From positions 2,688,001-2,752,000 of the forward strand of contig CP051526.1 in assembly GCA_050916045.1 (NCBI GenBank): a stretch of 64,000 nt of DNA, given 5' to 3'. Of this stretch, positions 19,617 to 26,875 are shown piece after piece. This DNA is from Tepidisphaera sp. (GTDB lineage Bacteria; Planctomycetota; Phycisphaerae; Phycisphaerales; UBA1924). A program made the position numbers and the translations under genes. The notes under the pieces are model-generated. The model was not told where the DNA came from. It was given only the letters and a program-made list of their open reading frames with translations, and did no database searches. Numbering within the stretch: the stretch's first letter is position 1; each line of letters opens with the position of its first letter.

Positions 19617-19653
19617 CGTGGCACTGCTCATCGGTTCCTCCGATGAGCAGTGG
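19617..19653 (+). repeat. 37-bp REP-like hairpin (left copy)
   Basis: cgtggcactgctcatcggttcctccgatgagcagtgg; exact reverse complement of 21175-21211. Confidence 0.9.
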
Positions 19654-19730
19654 CTGGGCGTGGGGACGCAAACGCGGCGGATAGACGGAATATCCGTCAT
19701 AAACCATCAAAAACCGGCCGAGCAAGGAGC

Positions 19731-19898
19731 ATGAGTGGTCACGCACGGAGCTTGCGTGACCAGAAATGTCCCATGACTGGTCAAGCAAGGAGCGTGCGTG
19801 ACCAGATTTGTCCCGTGAGTGGTCAAGCACAGAGCGTGCGTGACCAGATTTGTCCCGTGAGTGGTCAAGCACGGGCCTTGCTTGACCAGAAATGTCCC
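19731..19898 (+). repeat. Tandem array of four 42-bp palindromic units
   Basis: Units start at 19731, 19773, 19815 and 19857; each contains a tggtca(a/c)gca..tgc(g/t)tgacca hairpin; no unique spacers. Confidence 0.9.
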
Positions 19899-19918
19899 GT
19901 GCTCGGCCGGTCAAGGAC

Positions 19919-19971
19919 CGTGCTCGGACGCCCATCCACGACCATCCCGAAGCGGGAAGGTCGTGGCACCC
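19919..19971 (+). repeat. REP-like hairpin ending in GTGGCACCC
   Basis: ccacgaccatcccgaagcgggaaggtcgtggcaccc; homologous to the reverse complement of 53616-53666. Confidence 0.75.
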
Positions 19972-19977
19972 CACAGT

Positions 19978-20219
19978 GTCCGAGACCCCGCAGGGGTCAT
20001 CGAAAGTAGCCGGGGGCAACGCCCCCGGTCACCGGCCACAATGACACACGACCCTGCAAGGGTCGGATGGAGATGAACGGCACGAGGTGGTTGCACCCCT
20101 GCGGGGTGCGGGGCGATGGTCGCGTTCACCGGGGGCGTTGCCCCCGGCTACTTCCTTCCAGCCCTGCGGGCTGGAACGCGGCCCGGTCATGCTCCTGCCA
20201 AGCCAGAAGCATGCCACCC
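19978..20219 (+). mobile_element. 242-bp palindromic MITE/REPIN-like element, copy 1
   Basis: Internal inverted arms agccgggggcaacgcccccggt / accgggggcgttgcccccggct plus several short hairpins; direct repeat of 20864-21105. Confidence 0.7.
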
Positions 20220-20301
20220 GTCGCAAAAGCAGCCGTGGCAGCTAAAATCAGAAGTGCTCTCGACGGGGACCTATTCAATCTGACTCAGAAAGACGTACGA
20301 C

Positions 20302-20838
20302 ATGAAGCAGGTCCGGTTCTTTGCCACGAAGCACGACATCGGCCCTGTGCTCGACGCGGTGGACCTTGGAAAGGACCTCCGGTATGTGCGCATGGGAGCG
20401 AATCCAGAGAGATCCCTTCATCGCTTCACGCGAGGTCGAGACTTGCCGATGCTCGGGACTGCGGATTCCGAATCGGCAAGCACTTGTGCTTCGTATCTCG
20501 TGACGCGGGACTCCGTTCGGCTCCACCTTGAAGGGATTGATCGGTACGATGGCGTTCGGGTGTATGTTCTTGACCAGCTTCACAATCCGGACACCGTCGT
20601 GCTCACCCCCGCTGGCATGTGGAAAGACGATGTTCTCTTGCACGGTCTGGTCAGCACGGTTTCCGACTCTCCAATCGCGAAAGAGATCATGAAGCTCTTC
20701 GCCGCCGCGATCAAGAAGCAGTTCGTCAAGGTGCGATCCTTTTGGGTCGGACCTGACGCGCTCGCGCTGCTCAAACGCGGGAAGCGGTTGACCATCGCAG
20801 CCCAGTCGCCCGCCGAATTCGATTTGAAGATTCCGTAG
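20302..20838 (+). CDS. Hypothetical protein (178 aa), immunity-like orphan between direct repeats
   Basis: Intact ORF with more A/T-ending codons than neighbours; the immunity call is inference only. Confidence 0.7.
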   Translation: MKQVRFFATKHDIGPVLDAVDLGKDLRYVRMGANPERSLHRFTRGRDLPMLGTADSESASTCASYLVTRDSVRLHLEGIDRYDGVRVYVLDQLHNPDTVVLTPAGMWKDDVLLHGLVSTVSDSPIAKEIMKLFAAAIKKQFVKVRSFWVGPDALALLKRGKRLTIAAQSPAEFDLKIP

Positions 20839-20863
20839 GGCTGGTTGGCTCTGCGGATGCCGC

Positions 20864-21105
20864 GTCCGAGACCCCGCGGGGGTCATCGAAAGGAGCCGGG
20901 GGCAACGCCCCCGGTCACAGGCCACAATGAGACACGACCCTGCAAGGGTCGGATGAATATCCGCGATACGACATGGTTGCACCCCTGCGGGGTGCGGTGT
21001 GATGCTCGCGTTCACCGGGGGCGTTGCCCCCGGCTACTTCCTTCCAGCCCTGCGGGCTGAAAGGCGGCCTGAGCATGCTTCTGCAAAGCCAGAAGCATGC
21101 CACCC
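20864..21105 (+). mobile_element. 242-bp palindromic MITE/REPIN-like element, copy 2
   Basis: Same start (gtccgagacccc) and end (agaagcatgccaccc) and same length as copy 1. Confidence 0.7.
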
Positions 21106-21174
21106 CCACACCCCCGCACCCCCCACACCTACACGCCCCTCCACCTTTTCACCCTGTCATGTCCTCACGCCCTT

Positions 21175-21211
21175 CCACTGCTCATCGGAGGAACCGATGA
21201 GCAGTGCCACG
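21175..21211 (-). repeat. 37-bp REP-like hairpin (right copy)
   Basis: Perfect inverted copy of 19617-19653. Confidence 0.9.
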
Positions 21212-21241
21212 ACCCCCCCCCCACCCCACCCCACACACCCC

Positions 21242-21808
21242 TCACACCGTCATGATCTCTTTGGTCTTGTGCTCGACCATGGTGTCCACCTTCGCCTCGA
21301 ACTTCTTGAGCAGTTCCTGGATCTCTTCCTTGAGGTTTTCGAGGTCGTCCTCGGCGTAGGCCTTGGCTTTGTCGTTCTTGAGCTGGTCGGCGTGCTTGTT
21401 GGCGTCGCGGCGGACGTTGCGGATCGCGACCTTCTGCTCTTCGCCGACCTTCTTGACGTGGGCGGCGAACTGCTTGCGGCGCTCCTGCGACAACGCCGGG
21501 ACCATCACGCGGAGCTGCTTGCCCTCGGAGATGGGGTTGAGCCCAAGGCCCGCCTGCTCGATCGCGGTCTTGATCGCCCCCAACGACTGGACGTCAAAGG
21601 GCTTGACCAGAAGCTGCGTCGGCTCGGGCGAAGAGATCGCGGCCATGGATTTGAGCTCGGTCTGGGCGCCGTAGAACTCGACGCGCACGGAGTCGATCAG
21701 GGCGGGCGTCGCGCGGCCGGTGCGCACGGCTTTGAACTCGTGCTCGAGGTGCTTGATGGATTTCTCCATGTGCTCTTCGGCGTCGAGAAGGATGGTGTCT
21801 GGGTCCAT
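21242..21808 (-). CDS. frr: Ribosome recycling factor
   Basis: VRTGRATP, GLGLNP, KVAIRNVRRDAN; downstream of pyrH. Confidence 0.97.
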   Translation of the reverse strand: MDPDTILLDAEEHMEKSIKHLEHEFKAVRTGRATPALIDSVRVEFYGAQTELKSMAAISSPEPTQLLVKPFDVQSLGAIKTAIEQAGLGLNPISEGKQLRVMVPALSQERRKQFAAHVKKVGEEQKVAIRNVRRDANKHADQLKNDKAKAYAEDDLENLKEEIQELLKKFEAKVDTMVEHKTKEIMTV

Positions 21809-21906
21809 GGATGGGTCCTTTGGGAAGGGAGACTCGCTGCGGAAGGATGAGGGAAGTTTACGCGGAAACCGGCCGAAGCGTGGACAGGCCTACGCGTGCA
21901 CCACGC

Positions 21907-22638
21907 CTAAGCGTGGACCAGCGTGCCGATCGAATCACCCTGCACGACGCGGCGGATGTTCCCGGGGGCGTCAAAGTTGAAGATGATCACCGGGATCTTC
22001 TGCTCCTGGCAGAGGGCGAAAGCCGCCGTGTCCATCACCTTGAGGTTCTTGGAGATCGCCTCGGCGAAGGACAAGCTCTCGTAGCGGGTGGCTTTGGGGT
22101 CCTTCTTGGGGTCGGCGGTGTAGACGCCATCGACCTTCGTGGCTTTGAGGATCACCTCGCACCGAAGCTCGGCGGCGCGGAGGGCGGCGCAGGTGTCGGT
22201 CGTGAAGAAGGGGTTGCCGGTGCCGGCGGCGAGGATCACGACGCGGCCCTTCTCAAGGTGGCGGATCGCCCGGCCGCGGATGAACGGCTCGGCGACGGAC
22301 TTCATCTCGACCGCCGACTGGACGCGGGTGTCCAGGCCCTGAGCGATCAGAGCTTCCTTGAGGGCGATGCCGTTGATGACGGTGCCGAGCATCCCCATCT
22401 GGTCGGCGGTCGCTTGCGCGATGTGGCCGGCGGCGGCGAGCGTGGCTCCGCGGATGATGTTGCCACCCCCTACCACGACCGCGACCTGCGTCCCGACCGT
22501 CGCCGCTTCCTTCACCTCGCGGGCGATCGCGCTCAGGCACTCAGGGTCGATGCCAAAGCCGCCGGGCCGGGCGAAAGACTCGCCGGAGAGTTTCAGAAGG
22601 ACGCGTTTGTACCTGGGGGCGAGGGGGGAGGAGCTCAT
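21907..22638 (-). CDS. pyrH: UMP kinase
   Basis: RVLLKLSGE, GGGNIIRG, GTGNPFFTTD, KVDGVY. Confidence 0.97.
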   Translation of the reverse strand: MSSSPLAPRYKRVLLKLSGESFARPGGFGIDPECLSAIAREVKEAATVGTQVAVVVGGGNIIRGATLAAAGHIAQATADQMGMLGTVINGIALKEALIAQGLDTRVQSAVEMKSVAEPFIRGRAIRHLEKGRVVILAAGTGNPFFTTDTCAALRAAELRCEVILKATKVDGVYTADPKKDPKATRYESLSFAEAISKNLKVMDTAAFALCQEQKIPVIIFNFDAPGNIRRVVQGDSIGTLVHA

Positions 22639-22895
22639 GGTGGTTCGCTTGGCTTTCGTTGGAGGTGGTTGCGGGGGGCAGAACTGTTGTAGCGTGCGCC
22701 GGACCGTGGTTCAATCGGGGGGATCGGGAATGTTCGCCGAACCGAACCCCGCCCCGGGCCGAATCGAATGGCGAGCGCCACGCGACCCTGAACCCCGCGC
22801 CCCGGCGGCCCGGTATAGGCTGAGCGCTCCGCCCCAGCCGCCCACCCCCCTCGGTTTCCGGCCAAAGCCGCCGACGGACCGATGAGAACCTCCGC

Positions 22896-23891
22896 ATGAA
22901 CGCCCCGACCCCGGCTCATCCCGAGTCGCTCGCAGACCAGCCGATCCCCGGGCCCAACGCCGGGCTCTCCCCCCGCCTGCGGCTTTGGATGCGGAACGCG
23001 CTCATCGCGGGGATCGTCGTCTCCGCAGGCTTCCACCTGTTGGGGGGGTTCCTCGCGACCCTGATCTACTTCGCCGGCCCCGCCGGGAACGGCCAGCCCG
23101 GTGATGCCGGAAGCGGGAGCGGCGGCGTCGAGATGGCCCTGATGACCGAAGGCGAATTTTCTGCGCTCGCCGCGGGCGGGCCGGAAGACTCCATGAGCAC
23201 CCTGGGCGCGGCCCCGACCGACGCCCTTCCTACTGAAGAGCCCCTCGCCGGCCCACCGGGCGACAACGCGGCCACGGGCGATGCGGGCGGCGCGGAAGCC
23301 GGCGGCGGCCTGGGCGGGGGCGGCGACATCACCGGGGGCACGGGGATCGGCGGGGGTCCCGGCGGCGCGGGCGGGGGTGGCACAAGCTTCTTTGGCGTCG
23401 AAGCCAAGGGCGACCGCATCGCGTTCGTCGTCGATACCTCCGGCTCCATGATCGGCGACCGCCTCGCTGAGCTCAAAAGCCAGCTCACCTCCGCGATCAA
23501 CGAGATGACCGAGACTTCCTCGTTCCTGGTCGTGACCTTCTCGACCGAAGCTCTGCCGCTGGGAGGCAAGCTCGAATGGCGCGAAGCCACCGCGAAGAAC
23601 AAGCTCACCGCCGCCCGGCAGGTCGAAGCCCTCGTCGCCGACGGCGGCACCGAAGCCATGCGCGGGTTCGAAGAGCTCCTCCGGGCCAAGCCCAGGCCCG
23701 ATGTCATCTTCTTCATGACCGACGGCCAGTTCAGGGAGGACGTCCCCCTCACGCTCCAGCGGATGAACCGAAGCCCGCGCGTCAAGATCCACTGCATCTG
23801 CTTCGAAGAGAATCAGAGCGAGCCGCAGATGAAGCAGATCGCCAAAGACTCCGGCGGCACCTACACGTTCGTCGCGAGGAAGCCGCGATGA
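22896..23891 (+). CDS. Membrane-anchored vWA domain protein with Gly-rich linker
   Basis: N-terminal TM helix (SAGFH), Gly-rich linker, MIDAS DTSGS..GGT..FMTDG. Confidence 0.85.
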   Translation: MNAPTPAHPESLADQPIPGPNAGLSPRLRLWMRNALIAGIVVSAGFHLLGGFLATLIYFAGPAGNGQPGDAGSGSGGVEMALMTEGEFSALAAGGPEDSMSTLGAAPTDALPTEEPLAGPPGDNAATGDAGGAEAGGGLGGGGDITGGTGIGGGPGGAGGGGTSFFGVEAKGDRIAFVVDTSGSMIGDRLAELKSQLTSAINEMTETSSFLVVTFSTEALPLGGKLEWREATAKNKLTAARQVEALVADGGTEAMRGFEELLRAKPRPDVIFFMTDGQFREDVPLTLQRMNRSPRVKIHCICFEENQSEPQMKQIAKDSGGTYTFVARKPR

Positions 23892-25150
23892 GGAAACCCG
23901 CCGCTCACCTCATTATCGCGGCGGCGGGCGTGGCGGCCGCTCACGGTCTGACCACGCTCCACCAGCCGCAGCCCGCGGGGACCGTCCTGCCGCGCGGCGT
24001 CAGCGAAACCTCGCTGGGCGAACCGACCGCCGTCGCGGCCGAAGGCGTCTCCGTCGTCCGCGACCGGAACCCCGACGGCAAGCCGGTCGCCACCATCGTG
24101 ATCGGATGGGACCGCGTGCGTGAAGTCACCGGGCCGCTGGCGACGGAAGCCTCGAAGTTCACATCGACCGCAGAGAAAGCATGGCGGGCGCGGGCAAGGC
24201 TCGAGCGCGGCGACTGGGTCGCGGCCGAGCCGCTGTTTGAAGAGCTTTTCTCCGAGTACCGGACGCGAACGGGACCGACGGCGCTCACGGTCGCGGGCGG
24301 TTTGGTGCGGTGCAGGTTGATGCGAGGGGCGCAGACCGCGGCGGTCGAGCCGTGGATCGCCTGGCTTCGCGCCCAGCCGACGGCGGGCGCAGGGGTCGAC
24401 TCTCCGCCGGAAAGCGTGGGCCAGCAGGTCTCGAAGATGATCGATCCCGGCACCGGCCTGATCCCGGGCCTGCCGCCGATGTGGGTGACGACCGCCGCGG
24501 TGCAGGCTCTGGCCCGATCGGAGGTCCCGGCCGCGGACCAAGCCAGCAAGCCGAGCACGCAAGAGGTTCGCGCGGCTTCGCTCTTCGCGTTGTACGTCCT
24601 CGCCGCGAAAGCGGACACGGGTGGGACGGGCGGCTTGCCCGAACGGGGCGGCGCGACGGCGGACCCGGGCGTGCGGCTGGTCTACGACATCGTGAAGTCG
24701 AGGCTTGGGGATGAGAGCCAGCGTCGCGACGCTCGCCGATCGCTTCAGGAACGCATCACGGGCGGCTCGCCCGGATGGGTCGAGGTCTGGTGCCGCGTCG
24801 CGGTGGGCCGATCGCTCCTGATGGAAAAGACCGAAGAGGACCGGCGCCTGGGGCTCGTCTCGCTGGCGTATGTCGCCTCGCGTTCGGCTCCCGAGGATGC
24901 ATACCTCACGGGTCTTGCGCTGGCGGAAATGGCTTTGGCGCTGAGCGCGGACGGGAATGAAGCCGCGGCGTCGCTTTTCGCGAACGAAGCCGCCGACCGG
25001 TTCCCGGATCACCCGGCGCTGGAATCGCCGCAGATGGCCAGGTGGATGGTCGCGCGGTCGGCGCGACCGAGCAAGCCGGCGACGACACCAACAGCACCAG
25101 CCGCACCCACCACGGCCGAACCAGCCGCAGCCCCGGAACCTCCGAAGTAA
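23888..25150 (+). CDS. Exported helical-repeat (TPR-like) protein
   Basis: ATGA overlap with the vWA gene, signal-like N-terminus, TPR-like helices, Pro/Ala tail. Confidence 0.7.
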   Translation: MRKPAAHLIIAAAGVAAAHGLTTLHQPQPAGTVLPRGVSETSLGEPTAVAAEGVSVVRDRNPDGKPVATIVIGWDRVREVTGPLATEASKFTSTAEKAWRARARLERGDWVAAEPLFEELFSEYRTRTGPTALTVAGGLVRCRLMRGAQTAAVEPWIAWLRAQPTAGAGVDSPPESVGQQVSKMIDPGTGLIPGLPPMWVTTAAVQALARSEVPAADQASKPSTQEVRAASLFALYVLAAKADTGGTGGLPERGGATADPGVRLVYDIVKSRLGDESQRRDARRSLQERITGGSPGWVEVWCRVAVGRSLLMEKTEEDRRLGLVSLAYVASRSAPEDAYLTGLALAEMALALSADGNEAAASLFANEAADRFPDHPALESPQMARWMVARSARPSKPATTPTAPAAPTTAEPAAAPEPPK

Positions 25151-25215
25151 GCTGAAACGGACCACCCAGACGACAACCAAGCCCGTACACCAACCCACAC
25201 AGGGAGTTCAAAACC

Positions 25216-26004
25216 GTGACGATGACGATCATGACGATGCTGGCGCAGGACCCGGGCGGGATCAGGCTCGCCGACTACGTGACCAAGGGCGGGACGGTCG
25301 GGTATGTGCTCGTGGGCCTTTCGTTCATCGCTTTCGCGCTGATCATCGCGAACATCATCCAGCTCCGGATGAGCCGCCTCGCTCCGCCGGACGTGGTGAA
25401 CGGTCTTGAGGAGCGTCTGCGGGAGCACGACATCGACGGAGCGGTCGCGTTCTGCAAGGTGCAGGAGAACGACTGTTTCTTCACACGGATGTTCGAATCG
25501 GCGCTGGTGCGCTGCGCCCGCTCGCCGTTCGGATTCCTCGAACTCAAGTCCGCGCTGGAAGAGTCCGGCCAGCGGCAGGTCGACCGTCTGACGAAGATGA
25601 CCGACGGTGTCGGTCTGGTCGCCGCGCTGGGCCCGATGCTCGGCCTGTTGGGCACGGTCTTCGGGATGGTGGGCGCGTTCCGGACCATCGGCGAGCTTGA
25701 GGGCGCCTCGCGGTCCAGCGAACTCGCCAAGTACATGTCGCACGCTCTGGTCACGACGGCGCTGGGGCTGGTCGTCGCGATCCCGTGCACCGCGGCGTTC
25801 ACGGTGTTCAAGCGGCGGATCGACCGCCTCGCCGGTGAGCTCGGCCAGAAAGCCGAGGAACTGGCCAGCTACGTCCAGGGCAAGGGTGCGACCGCGCGTC
25901 CGCCCGCTCCCGCTCCCGCCCCGCGCGGCCCGGGCATGCGTGCTCCGGCGATGCAGCCCACAGGCGTCGGCCCCGGCGTGGGCTCCGGAGGCGCCGCGAA
26001 TTGA
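25216..26004 (+). CDS. MotA/TolQ/ExbB proton channel family protein
   Basis: GPMLGLLGTVFGM and ALVTTALGLVVAIP. Confidence 0.92.
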   Translation: MTMTIMTMLAQDPGGIRLADYVTKGGTVGYVLVGLSFIAFALIIANIIQLRMSRLAPPDVVNGLEERLREHDIDGAVAFCKVQENDCFFTRMFESALVRCARSPFGFLELKSALEESGQRQVDRLTKMTDGVGLVAALGPMLGLLGTVFGMVGAFRTIGELEGASRSSELAKYMSHALVTTALGLVVAIPCTAAFTVFKRRIDRLAGELGQKAEELASYVQGKGATARPPAPAPAPRGPGMRAPAMQPTGVGPGVGSGGAAN

Positions 26005-26429
26005 AACTCGGACGAGTCAAAGCCATTCCGGAAGCGGGATTCGACCTCACGCCGATGATCGACGTGGTCCTGCTGCTCATCATCTTCTTCGTCCTCTCGG
26101 CGCAGTTCGCCCAGGCCGTCCGCAAGCCGCTGGACCTGCCGGCCGAACCCGGGGTGCGTGAGGGTGACGTGGGCCCGACGACGCTCCTGCTCGACATCGA
26201 TCGCGCCGGCGACATGTTCACCGGCGGCACGCGGATCGACCTCGATGGCCTCCGCGTCACGATGAAGTCGCACATCAAGCACGTCGGCTCGGCCGACAAT
26301 GTCGAGACGATCATCCGCGCCGATCGCGCAACGCCCGCCGTGCACCTCAACAAGGTCGCCCGCGTGCTCTCCGAACTCGGCATCCGCAACTGGAAGCTCG
26401 CGACCGCGGGAGACGGGAGCCCGCCATGA
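26001..26429 (+). CDS. ExbD/TolR family protein
   Basis: DLTPMIDVVLLLIIFF; IIRAD. Confidence 0.92.
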   Translation: MKLGRVKAIPEAGFDLTPMIDVVLLLIIFFVLSAQFAQAVRKPLDLPAEPGVREGDVGPTTLLLDIDRAGDMFTGGTRIDLDGLRVTMKSHIKHVGSADNVETIIRADRATPAVHLNKVARVLSELGIRNWKLATAGDGSPP

Positions 26430-26875
26430 ACCTCAAACGGGTCCGCCGCACCGAGTTCGAGATCCCCAAGCTGCCGCTCGTCGCGCTCATCGACGTTGTC
26501 TTCTTTCTCCTCCTCTATTTCATCATGGCCGGCAACCTCGCGGCCGTCGAAGCCAACCTCGAGTCCTCGCTCAAGACCGACAAGCGGTCCAGCGGAGCGT
26601 CGTCCAATCTCGTGCCGCAGATCGTCAATGTCGAGGGCGGCCCAACCGGGCAAGGCCTCTTCAGGCTTGGCGAGCGCACGATGGGCGACAAGAAGGCGCT
26701 GTCGGACGTCCTGCGCTCGCTCACCAAAGAGGGCGGCGTCGTCGTCCGCGTCAGCGGCACGGCCCCGACCCACGCGGTCGCGACGGCTCTGCAAGCGTGC
26801 AAGGACGCAGGGTTCACCAAGATCAGCTACGTGCCGCGAAGCGGCGAGGTCGAAGCCGGGGGGAGCGCCCCGTGA
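26426..26875 (+). CDS. Second ExbD/TolR family protein
   Basis: LVALIDVVFFLLLYF; ACKDAGFTKI. Confidence 0.88.
   Translation: MNLKRVRRTEFEIPKLPLVALIDVVFFLLLYFIMAGNLAAVEANLESSLKTDKRSSGASSNLVPQIVNVEGGPTGQGLFRLGERTMGDKKALSDVLRSLTKEGGVVVRVSGTAPTHAVATALQACKDAGFTKISYVPRSGEVEAGGSAP

Noticed and set aside
19731..19898. 42-bp array as a CRISPR array
   Set aside because: Units are contiguous with no unique spacers, and there are no cas genes in the window
19498..20226. ORFs across the repeat nest (19498-20019, 19650-20009 and others)
   Set aside because: They translate palindromic or tandem repeat DNA and have no recognisable domain or RBS
19978..21105. 242-bp repeats as integron attC sites or an autonomous IS
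   Set aside because: Longer than typical attC, no clear RYYYAAC/GTTRRRY ends, and no integrase or transposase ORF
26299..26871. N-terminal extensions given in the ORF track (also at 23576, 29322, 45033, 6341)
   Set aside because: They overlap real genes; ATGA/GTGA-coupled or RBS-supported downstream starts fit better
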